Positions 49,836 through 61,300 of a stretch of DNA of 64,000 nucleotides are shown piece after piece (position 1 is the first letter of the stretch; every line of letters starts with the position of its first letter). The stretch spans positions 1,632,730 to 1,696,729 of the forward strand of contig BDGG01000007.1 of NCBI GenBank assembly GCA_001949185.1. The letters are read 5' to 3'. The notes under the pieces were generated by a model that saw only the letters and a list, made by a program, of their open reading frames with translations, had not been told where the DNA came from and made no database searches. Position numbers and translations under genes: made by a program. The stretch is from Ramazzottius varieornatus. Lineage: Eukaryota > Animalia > Tardigrada.

Positions 49836-50250
49836 GTAGCTACCTTCCCTCATACGGCACGATCGAATATATAACGCTCTTTCCTGCTGACTCACGCACT
49901 GTAGAAAAAGCCGTCAAGCTCGGCAAGAAACACGTCCCTCTGCGCTAACTCGCGGAAGCGTTTATGACCTAGGTTGTACCAAACGCAGCTGCCACTATCT
50001 TTGCTCTGCAAAATTATCCGCGCCAAGCTTGCATCAAAACATAGCTCCGTTAATCAAACAAAACGTGAACCAGTCCGTCATTCCTGCTGCCCTAAAGGTG
50101 AAAATATCATATATTCTATAAGTCGTCCAGAGCATTTGTACCTTCCGACTAGTGGAATACTGGACCCTCCTTGACCTTCTAAAGCATCTCGCTGATCCTT
50201 GTGTTACCGTCGTGTCCGTCCATTATTTACTTTGAGGCCCGAAGATTACC

Positions 50251-50689
50251 ATGTCGTATCCGTATCCTCCTGGCCAGCAAGGAGCGTACTACACTCAACA
50301 GCCAGGAGTCAATTATGCCTCTCCACCTGCTGGAACCACCGTCCACTACATCTCGACAGGTCAGTCGTACCCTGGCCAGGGTGGCCCTCCTCCCCCAGGC
50401 TACTACGGCCAAGGACCCAACATTCCTGCTGACCCTTACTATGGCCAAGCACAACCGGGCATGGTTTACGGCCAACCTGGAGGTCCTCCGCAGCAAGTCA
50501 TGTAAGTCTCGGGGTCAAATCTAGCACCTACCTGTCAACATATGAACAAGTATCAGCTGACTCAGTAATTATTACAGATACCAGCAAGCTCCGGCCAAGA
50601 ATGACGGTCTCTGCGCACAGCTGTGCGCCGGTGCTCTTTGCGCTACTTGCTGTTGGTGCTGCTTGGAATGCTGCGATGGTCTCTGCTAA
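50251..50689 (+). CDS. CYSTM (cysteine-rich transmembrane module) protein, 2 exons
   Basis: P/G/Q/Y-rich N-terminus, then KNDGLCAQLCAGALCATCCWCCLECCDGLC-stop. Confidence 0.85.
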
Positions 50690-51087
50690 AAGACAAGATT
50701 CCCTCAAGATGAAGTTTTAGATCACCCTATCTGTATCATGATACAAAGCTTATTTTTTAACATCTAGTCATAAAGAGCTTCTAAAATATAAAAAACCATC
50801 CCGTTGTTGATTGAGAAAATATCGGGCGATATTTAAATTTGTTTTATTCAAACACCTTTCAATGGCTTTCTTCTCGACAATCCTGTTTATAGTATTTTGA
50901 TTGTCCGGCACAAAATATTGCTTTAGCCTTGTTGGACCATTGCACCTTCCATCAAAAGCCCAGACACCAGACTGAGCTACATATATGCGCTAGCAGAAAG
51001 CATACTGGTTGGAGAGATCATGTCCTGCTAGAGGATTGTCTGTCTTTGCAACTGTGCTAATCAAAAAGAGCTTCCTCAGTTAACAGC

Positions 51088-52455
51088 ATGATTATCTTCT
51101 GTTTCCCCCTCGTTCTCTGGTTGTTGGCGCTGTTGGGAACAGAGGCTGCTATTACGTCAAGAAGAAGCAACACACCTTCAGGCTCACTGCGAAGCTCAGC
51201 GGACAGATCCCAGCCAAGGAATGGCCAACGGCTGGTGCACAGGCTTCGGCGGCCAGGACCGCGGATGGCCACCGGTCTAAAGCAAAATGGCGACGGCCAG
51301 CCGTCACTTGCGCACTTTGCGCGCTCCTTCCCCTTCCCGACCTATGCCACCCCTCCCCAAACATCCTTCTCCTGCAGCAACGTCAATCTGCCTGGCTTTT
51401 ACGCCGACCCCGAGACTCAATGCCAAGTCATTCGCCGCTGTACTCTCTCCAACTACATGTTCAGCTATATCTGCCCCAATGGGACAGTAAGTCCACCTCT
51501 CCCTTTGGCCTTTCCGGCAGAGACACCACTGCTATCTTTTTTTCCCTTGCAGGTTTTCGACCAAGCTGCGCAGGGTTGCGCCTACTGGTACAATGTCAAC
51601 TGTCCTCGGTTCGTCACCCACTGTCGAAACGTATCTATTAAGCCCGTTTTCTGTTGGAGAAATGCCTTTTTGTTTTGTAGTGAAGTACAGCAGCTGAATC
51701 AGAATCAGATACCGGTGCCACTTGTTGCCGTCCCAGAGGGCGTCTCTGCGCCAGACTTTCAGTTGCGTTCCAGCTTTGGCCCAGGCAGCACTTCGTCCCG
51801 TCTACCAACTTTCCTTCCTACAAAGACACCAATAGACAACTGGCAAAGAAGAGATGCTTCGCCGAACGCTGAGGACGGCAGCTTGAAGCAAAGCAAGCTG
51901 CCGTGGCTTCCTTCACGAGATCCACGCTTCCCCACTGGTCAAAATCGTCCAGAGATCCTTGGCGGGGCATTGAATCAACCCAATCCTTCCCCGAAAAACC
52001 TGCAAAGCCAAGCCACTCTTGACGCGAAAGCGGCCAATCAGAGAGACAACGCAACCATCAAGACCTTGATGCAGTGGGTGGGCGCTAATCCCGTTTGGGT
52101 TCCGCGGCAGGATCAACTGCAGCACATGCCCCCTATTGCCGCCCCAACGCCCTCTCAGACATCCCTTCCCTGGACGGCATCGGCCATCGCGCCGGACAAG
52201 GAGGAGGAGGTGTCCACACGAAAGCCCAGCCGAACCGTCGTGGTTAACCTGGCAGAAAAGGAACCAGACATGGAAAGCGCCGCAGGCGATGGCCAAGGAC
52301 AATCAAGCCAAGCAAAGCAGCCGACCGCAGTGACGTCATTGCAGAATGACGTTAATGACGTCGACGGCAATGTCGTCAGCAAGCAAGGTGCAAAGAAATC
52401 GCTGAATACGTCCGTCGTCAACAACCGGTGGCATCCTTTGACGGATTTCGGTTGA
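51088..52455 (+). CDS. Secreted chitin-binding (CBM14/ChtBD2) protein with disordered C-terminus
   Basis: Signal peptide; TSFSC..PGFYADPETQCQVIRRC..YICPNGT|VFDQAAQGCAYWYNVNCP. Confidence 0.85.
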   Translation: MIIFCFPLVLWLLALLGTEAAITSRRSNTPSGSLRSSADRSQPRNGQRLVHRLRRPGPRMATGLKQNGDGQPSLAHFARSFPFPTYATPPQTSFSCSNVNLPGFYADPETQCQVIRRCTLSNYMFSYICPNGTVSPPLPLAFPAETPLLSFFPLQVFDQAAQGCAYWYNVNCPRFVTHCRNVSIKPVFCWRNAFLFCSEVQQLNQNQIPVPLVAVPEGVSAPDFQLRSSFGPGSTSSRLPTFLPTKTPIDNWQRRDASPNAEDGSLKQSKLPWLPSRDPRFPTGQNRPEILGGALNQPNPSPKNLQSQATLDAKAANQRDNATIKTLMQWVGANPVWVPRQDQLQHMPPIAAPTPSQTSLPWTASAIAPDKEEEVSTRKPSRTVVVNLAEKEPDMESAAGDGQGQSSQAKQPTAVTSLQNDVNDVDGNVVSKQGAKKSLNTSVVNNRWHPLTDFG

Positions 52456-52804
52456 AACCAGCTTCATGTTAACCAGCTGAAGATACAATATCCCAATCTT
52501 GGCTATGATAAATTCCCCGACAAAAAAGAAGACGGTGCATATGACACAAAAGGCTGGAAAAAGTCCAGTTGTAAGAATGAGCATGCATTCCCAAAAGCCC
52601 GTTCGCCTTCAAGCATAAACAAGAACAAGAGAGATTTGTTGGTAAGCTAGAACTTACATTTCAGCAGGTATCACCACAGAGAAACTACAGTACAAAAAGA
52701 AAGCATAGTCTTGAATAAAAAGTTGCAGGTGACAATGTAGCAGGTAATGATGTCTACCCTTGCCAATCCTGACTGCAAGAGTTGATCAAAGTCACACAAA
52801 GAAT

Positions 52805-54571
52805 TTATGCCGTCTTTTGAGCGTCGTCATTGTCCTGTTGCAAGTAGGGGTTGGCTGGGTAGCGCGTCAGGTGTCGTAGCTTCTTCAGGACGAGGGGATC
52901 GCGGCCGTCGGCATTGCTGAGCAAGCGTGCATACTGCATCCCTTCGTGATTGTTCCAATCCAGCTTCTGGATCATGCTGGCAATCTTGTAGCGCAGAAAG
53001 TGGTTGTCGTTGAAAAAGTCGCCCACAACGAAGACCGTGACGATGACGGCGATCAGGCCGACCAAGCCTCCAGCAAAGACGTCCGTCCAATGGTGCTATA
53101 ACATAATTATGGCAAGCCCGTTATTCGCTGATGACAATCATGGACAAAACAAAGGTAGGCCAGTATGGTACCTTGTGGTCGGAGATGCGACTCATGCCAG
53201 TCAGAGCGGCAATAAGGAAGAGCCCGAACTGGATGATGCCCTTGCAGTAGCGTAGCTGCATCCAACGCAGTCGCGATTCCAGGTAAAAGATGACGAAGAA
53301 CATGCTGCAAACCATCAGAAACAAGAGTGAAGACACTAGCTTTAGGCCGCGATTGAGCTAAATTGTACCTGTAGAAAGCCATAGAGGTGTGGCCGGACAT
53401 GAAAGACAGGCGAGCATCATTCAGGCGGTAGATGTCATGAGGATCCTGGCTGGAAGCTTTGCGACAGCTAAATTCCGTAATGTATCGATTACAGCCGCCC
53501 TCGGCATTGATGCGGGCCATGTCGGGCTCGCAAACGGCCAAGAAATGTGGTCGCAGTCGTCCCACGGCGTACCTGCTCGGTCAAAGAAAACGTCAGTCTG
53601 GTAGGAGAGCGAAGAAGAGAACAAGTTGGGGTGTACTTGGCAATATCGGTCACGCCTTTGGTGATCATGAAGCCAAAGGCGAAGAGGACGACGATGCGCG
53701 TGATGCTGACCAGCAGAGGCGGAATCCGCGGTCCGTTGCGGTACAGAAAGTAGGGCGTTTCCATCTTCCTGTAGCCAGTCTTGGAGACGTGAAAGCGACA
53801 AATTTCGCCGATTATCACCTACCACAAAAACACAAGAAGTGTCGGCATGACTTGTAGGCCATTCCAGTCAACCTACAAGTGCGCCAACAAAGACTTACAA
53901 CCAGGCCAGTGATGCCAAAGTTGATGATGTACAGCACCCAGATCTTGACAGTTCCAGTTTTATAGGGATACATGATCTATAGGGATGATGTATATAGATT
54001 AACAAATGTACATAGATTCATAGATGTACATGATTTGTAGGGATACATTGGGGTCATTGCAGTAGAAGCCTCTTTGGTAAGCGCCAATGTGTGGCGCAAC
54101 AATTATAGGTATGGCGGCTGCAACATGAATCAACAATCAAGCGACATGGCAAGGTTGCAGCAACCAAGGATTTTTCCTACCTGCCAGAATGGACAGACTT
54201 TCCAACAGTGTTCTCAGGCTGAAGAAGTAGCGCGACTGCGGGCCCAAGTCGGGTATGCCACTGAGATTGACCGTGCCTAGAGGAGCAGCGACATTGTGCA
54301 GGGCGTGCAGCGAGGGAGGCTGCAGGTGTTCGTCGCGGTAATCTGGCCCATTGCCGTTAGCGTCGATGTAGGGAACGTCACTGTGGACGCGGGGCGAATC
54401 CACCACATCGCGCGCCGACGGCGAAGGAGTCGGATGAGTGGGAGAGACTCGTGTCATGGGGATATAGTTGCTAGCAGTGTTCTGGACGCGCTGGAACTCC
54501 AGGTCGGTCGTGGGGAAGGGAAGGGGCTTACTACGCTGCGGGGGGATATAGCTGTTCGGCGCTTGGCTCAT
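52805..54571 (-). CDS. Phospholipid phosphatase (PLPP/wunen family, PAP2)
   Basis: RGFYCNDPNIMYPYK, C1 KYAVGRLRPHF, C2 SFMSGH, C3 SRISDHKHHWTDVFAG. Confidence 0.9.
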
Positions 54572-55101
54572 GACGGCGGCCTGAAGTTGGCTTGATCCCG
54601 AACAACAAATCGCTGTCACCTACAGATATGAAGTACCATCACCAAGGCCAGAAGAATATCAAGTTCTAAGTGATACAACGAGAAAGATGGTGGCTCACTT
54701 TGAGGACGGAGTTAAAACTGATTACGTTGATTTCGAACCATGGCGCGCCACTGCGTGTCCCGCAGTGTTACCGCAACCAACCGGAAGTCCGAGACGAATA
54801 CCTGACACATCCTCTCTGTCGATTTGCGGCTTGGTATTTGACTTATCAATATTTGCATCTTACTCCGCGAATAATTCTGATAAACAACAGAGCACTTATC
54901 ATAAAACATATCATAAAACAAAAACAACAGTCCGGTCAGATTAAAACTAGAATATCGACGGGGGCAAAACCCTACTCACTGAAAGTGATATGAAATCTTT
55001 CTGGATCAAGACGATTCAGACTGAGCAAGACGATACACTGAGCATTGCAATGATAGAACAAAGCGGTATGATAGTCTGTTCACTTCAATGCCCGCACTTA
55101 T

Positions 55102-57064
55102 TTAAGTGACAATGGTCGAAAGACCGAAAGAAAGACCGCCATTCTGCAGCTGGTTGGGTTTCTTAAAGACCGCTGTACGCAGCGCGTTGTCCAAATCGGC
55201 GATGAGGTCGTCCACGTCTTCTAGACCCACTGACAGGCGAATCAGATTGTCCGAGATACCCAACATCTCGCGCTCTTCCGCCGGAACGGACGCGTGCTAC
55301 AAGATAAAACGAAGAGCTCGCTTCCCAATTAAGATATTCGGTAGAGCATCGCCCCAAAATTGAACTGCACTCACAGTCATGATTGCCGGATGTTCCGCCA
55401 GACTTTCATATCCGCCCAAGGATTCAGCCAACGTGAAGACCTGCAACGGTAAAATGTTGTACCGTCCACAAAAGGATTGTCAGACTACAAAGCAACCGAA
55501 AAACTGTCTTCTCACCTTACAGTACAGTATCATAGCGTTATCACTGGTAACTCTACCTTGATAGTTTGCAGAAAGACCTTAGCTTCCTCCAGTCCTCCCT
55601 TGATAAAGAAAGTGACCATGCCACTGTACCCGCGGCACTGCTTTTTGCACAGCTCGTACTGGGGATGAGAACGAAGGCCCGGGTGGATGACGCGTTCGAC
55701 CAGGGCCGGATGCTCTTCCAGGTACTTGGCCACAGTTAAGCCGTTCTTCATATGCTCTCGCATTCGTAGATGCAGCGTCTTCAGCCCTCTATACGACACG
55801 ATTCACTATCAACCATAGCCGAAGTATCAACGAGAAAAAAGGCATACGACGTACCTGTTGACCAGGAAGCAGTCAAAGGGCGAAGGCACCGCCCCGATGG
55901 CATTCTGCAGGAACTTGAGCCGCTTGTACAGCCCTTCGTTGCTCATGACGGCGGCACCCATGACCACATCCGAGTGTCCGTTCATGTACTTTGTCAGCGA
56001 GTGATGGGAGATGTCGGCACCTAGGTCTAACGGTCGCTGGAAGTACGAGGACATGAAGGTGTTGTCCACAGCCACGATGATCTCCTCTTTGAACTCTTTG
56101 GCCGCCTTGCACACTGCCTCAATGTCCACCACTACCAACAGTATCATTACAACATTAGATAGGCTTTCAGTATCAGCAGGTATGTATTTCAGCGATAACG
56201 GCGATAAAACAGTTTCTTGTGGCGTACCTCGTAAAGTGGGGTTTGTTGGAGTCTCGACCCACAAGAGCCTCGTCTTATCGTTTAGCAGAGCGTGGATCCG
56301 ATTCAGATCCGTCATGTCCACCAAATGGATCTTTAGGCCGTTCCTGGACGCCACGTGTCGGAAGAAGCGATTACTGCCTGAAGAACTCGAGCTGTTCTAG
56401 TGGATTACGATGGGCTATATCAAATGAAGAGCATCTCACGTACCTCCGTACATGTCGTTCATGCTGATGATCTCGTCCCCCGCTTGCAAAAGACTGACTA
56501 TATTCATCATGGCCGCTAAACCGCTAGCATAGGTCAATGCTGAAACAAGAAGCCATCGACATAAGTATAATGCACTACCAATAAGGAAGCATTTCGCGGT
56601 ACCGTAGCGTCCATTCTCCAGGTTTGCCAAAGCTGTCTCCAGAACCTCCCTGGTGGGGTTTCCCGACCGTGAGTAATCATATCCACCGGGATACTCTCCT
56701 GGAGCAGTCTGCTTGAATGTAGTCGACAGCGAGATTGGTGGGACAACGGCGCCAGAAGCTGTAAAGTTGAAAACACCATGCTCGTAAAATCACGACAGAA
56801 AGATGGCAGGCCGTGAGGGTCACCAACCCGAAAGGCTGCAGTTAACATCCAGACGGTATACAGCCGCCCTGCAGCCCGCCATCACCACGATCAGCTGACT
56901 GCTACTAGACAATTATATACTTGCCAACCGGAAATCAAGGAAACCGACAGGCAGCTATATTATACGCCCACAGTTAATTGCTCCTTACTCCATTTTTCTG
57001 GTTCGTTGCCAGCATGAATAGCTTGCGTGCCAAAGTGGGGAAAAGGCTGAAATTCCTCGGCCAT
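55102..57064 (-). CDS. CTH: Cystathionine gamma-lyase
   Basis: FGTQAIHAG, PPISLSTTF, YSRSGNPTR, ETPTNP, VDNTF, PLP-lysine motif SLTKYMNGHSD, AESLGGYESLAEHP, IRLSVGLED. Confidence 0.95.
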
Positions 57065-58327
57065 AACGCTGCTGGTTTCGCGGTGAGTGAAAGAGGACGC
57101 AAGAAGGGCCGTGACTCCAGGTAAGGGACTGAACAGCAGGTGAAGCTCGTCACTGGCAGGTTCGCTACTGTGGTGGTTGGAATTTGCTGCTGTGCTGGCT
57201 TCGGCCCGTTCTTGTGCCATAGCAGGCGTTTGTTCTGTGAGCGATATTATGCCGTCGGTCGATGTAAGGATAAGTTAGCATGACTGGCAGCTTACTCGAC
57301 TAATGATGCCTGCAGGGCTGGCTTACGTAAGGGAATCCAACGGCCTGAAAACACAAACCATTATCAAACACTATCACTTCCACGGAGAAAAAACTTCTTA
57401 TCGACTTCCGCCCAGATCTATGGTTCTACATGCACCGACCGTGTGGCTGGCACAACTTCATGCGGAGTTTCTAGAGGTTCGGGTCAGGGACTCAGAGATG
57501 ATGATGCCTCGTGAAGAGAAAATGACTTAAAGTGCGCTTCGTCGGGCAGTACGATGTGCTTGCGCATCAACGATCGTCTATCGAGCCGGATGCGATTATG
57601 CGTCAATTGACCTACGTGCCTTGATGCTCGCTTAGACAGAAAAGTTGTTTGCCTGGTTTCCACTTTCCAGGCCAAGTTCCAAAAATGAACGTCAGAATGT
57701 TGGAGTTAACGGCTTAACGTTCTTGAATAGAAGCCAATGAAACCGGACATGGCAGAATACGAGTCGCAAGTGTCCAGAACCAGAACGAAACCGCTCATAG
57801 AGCACGTGAGTTCTAGATGCTGTTCAACAGAGCGACAGCACGTGATTTTTGAGATAGTGCGCGGCCTCGACAGGGGTCTCGTTTTTTCACCTCTGAGTGA
57901 GCCTTTGACGGTTTGACCCCTTGGTCTCAGGGTCACACCAGCGACACCTCCCGGGATCTCCCCGGGACTGCCCCCGTGGATCTCGTGCTCTTGTCAATCA
58001 GACGTCTTGTTTCAGTTGACCGCGTTAATCTTGCAAAAGAATATGGGAGTTATTTTGTTTGTGCTTAAATTACTCTTGTGCTGGAGCCTGGAGGGGACTC
58101 TGCTTCCGTTCCGTCTGAGTGACAATAGTCCGAAGGCGTCGTAGGAGACGAGAGAGAAGTCTCCTAGAGAAGTTCTTGTGGGAACAATATAGATCATTGA
58201 AGCTGCTGAGAATGCAGCTGGATGACTGGAAGCGTGGGACTGTTCTGAACGGATGAAGCCAGTCGACGCTACTGTAAATGGTTCTCAAGATGCCCCATGA
58301 AGCCTCCTTCAGTTTATCCTACCATCA

Positions 58328-61300
58328 ATGATGGGATCATACAAGCCTGTGGTGCCGGAGCGCTCCAAGTATCAGGAGCTGATCTGCCCTGCGTTGAAAG
58401 AGGTATGTTCAAACGTAGCCCACCACTCGACCGATCGGAATGGCCCCGTGACCATGACGCAAGACTTATCACAAGAAATGAATAGCAAAACGTTGCTTTT
58501 TGCTCATGGGTGCAACTACGTCACGCGCAGCTTAACTTGGAAGACAGCATCCACGAACAAGGGGCATTGGTTTTGATGCGCTATTAGTCTTCTGACGTTA
58601 TGTTCCACACACCCGCTCTCTCTGTGTAGGTACTGAAAAAACTTCATCCAGGCCTGGTTCTTAGGGAGGAAGGTGCCCAGTTCGTGGAAACATGCTTGGA
58701 ACAAGTCTTGGGCTCACTGTGTCCCGCCGAGTCTCCCCCGCAAAGCATCAACGATTTGGAGCAGCATCTGAAGAAGACCTTCCCCCATCCATTGGCAGAC
58801 ATGGCCACGCACTGGGGCCAGACTAAGAAGAAGGCACAGCTCTGTTTTCCGGTGGGGAAGCTGCAGCCCATGATCCAACGGGACTACTTGCCCGCAGTCC
58901 GCGACTCTCTGGCCTTGACGTGCTACTTGTGCGCCGTCCTCGAATGTATCGCCAACGACATCCTCAAGGTGAGGCTTGTGATGTTCCTTCGCGCATTCCT
59001 AGGCTTTTTAGGCTGTGCTGTTGTTGTAGCTCTCGGGACGATATGTCTCCAATCTTGGCCAACAGGAAGTTCGCGAAGAAGACATCATGGTTTTGCTATC
59101 AACTGACCAAGTAAGGTCTTTTCTTCGTTTGCCATCCGTGCACAAGCTACTGTAGCCCTTGTTCTAGGTGATGAAGGAGCTGCTAAACCCCAGCAAAGAG
59201 GAGAAAAGCTGGACTTGCAGCCCTCGGGGGCAGGAAGAGAGGTCAGCAGTCAATACGCAGACCTACGAAGATGCTGTCAAACACTTGATCCACGAAGAGA
59301 AGGCCTTTCTTCGAGACCTCAAGATGATCAAGAAAGTGTTCAAGGTATATTGACCATGCAGTTAATGATGCACAGGGGCGTACTGCATGTTTAGACCATC
59401 ATTACCTTCTGTTAAGGTCAACATGGAACCTTTGAGGGAATACGGTGCAGTTTCCGCCGAAGAACTGCAGGAAATCTTTGGGCACATCGAAGATGTCTTT
59501 GAGACTTCCGATCGCTTCTGTGAAGCGCTGGAGGACGCACTGGAAGTGGATGCTTCCCATGGGATGTTGGGAGTTGGCCATGTCTTTGAAGACATGCTGG
59601 AAGCCAACGAGTTTGCCGTCTTTCAAGACTACGCCATAGATCTGCTGGGTGGAGGCGATCACGCCGAAAGGATAGACTGCATTTCGCTGCATTCTACTCG
59701 GGGAAGTATCTGCGAAACGCGACGCTGTGCCTTTACGGTCCTAGCAGAGATTATGAGTCGTCCTGCTGTCCAAAGAATACTCGAGGTCAGTTTTCTTCTG
59801 TGTGCGCGTGGTCCATCAAATGAACGCTGGCCCTAGTTTGTTTTGTCTGCTCAACAGGAAACGGTGCCGAGTTTTGTGGAGATGTGCACGTATGTCCTTC
59901 CTCGCTACTTGATGATGCCGGTCTTTCGACTCTCTCACTATGCAGAGTTCCTCAGGGTGAGTTGATGGAGCAGTTGTCGGTGATGCGCTGGTTGGGAAAA
60001 TGGAGTATGGAAAGTGGTTGTTTGGGCTCTTGCAGAATATGCGGACCAGTTGGTCGGACGAGCGGAACGACGGGGAGGATGAGGAAGCCTTGGAGCAAGC
60101 CGAAGGTATCTTGCGGCTGATGGTGGAAAGCATCGATAAGACACTGAGCATGCCGCAGTTTCGTCGGCGTCTTCAGGGAATCCAGATGCGGCTGTGGTCA
60201 CGAGGACCTTGCACAACGATGATGAGTCGAGTGGCGGAGATTCAGCGGGCAGTGGAAGGCTGGGAAGGCAGGGATGCCTGTAACCATGGCCGACTGGAGT
60301 TTCTCCTTGGTATAGACTTTAATATTTGGATGTAAATCCATCAAAATTGTTGTCTACTGTCTCTCATGGCCGGTCTCTCGATTGTTGCAGAAAGCGATAT
60401 GACGAAGATAAGTGGTCGAGATCGTCGCAGTGAGCGTCATGTCTTCCTCTTTGACTCGCTCCTCCTAGCCTGCAAGCTGAAGCAGGCCAAGTCGCCGCTT
60501 GGAGGGGCCGAGTATCGTCTGAAAGAGAAGATGTCTTTGGCCTCCTTCATGCTGAAAGATAAGGAAGACTCGTCCGACCTCAAGCACGCTTTCGAGGTGG
60601 CCTCCAATGATCAGCCTAACGTCCGCCTGACTCTCTCAGCGCGCAATGCTGACGAGAAGCACATGTGGCTGGGCGCACTCTTCAGCCTCATGTACCAGAA
60701 GGCGCTGGAGAAGCTGCTGGATGTTCGCTTGAAGAAGGAAGACTTGGCCAATCCTCTGCGCTTGCCCATGCCGGAAATGTACCCCTTTGCTGAAGCCGAT
60801 AGTCCCCACAACATTCTCTTTGAAGAAGGCAGAGGTTAGTACGTTGTATGCTTTACATGTGGCATTTTTGGGGTGTGATAGGCAATACGGGTTGCAGGTG
60901 CGGTGCCGCTCATCAAGGGAGCAACCATCATTAAGCTGGTGGAGAGGTTGACGTACCACGAGTACGCCGACCCAGCCTTCGTCAAGACCTTCCTCATTAC
61001 CTTCCGCTCCTTCACCACGCCGGCCCGACTGATGGAGCTCCTCTTTGAGAGGTTCGACATCAAGTCCCCCGTCGAAGGTGACGTGCTGCAACAGTCGCAC
61101 GACTACAACCCCGTTCTGTCCGAACGACGCTTCGAGAAGGAGTTTAAGCAACCGGTGCAGTTTCGGTATGGTCACATGCCATTCTCCTTGTGTTATACAG
61201 TGACGGTCATATTCACCCATCATTGCATTTGCAGAGTGTTGAATGTGATGCGGCACTGGGTCGATCATCATTTCTTGGATTTCGAGAGCGATCCCTTCTT

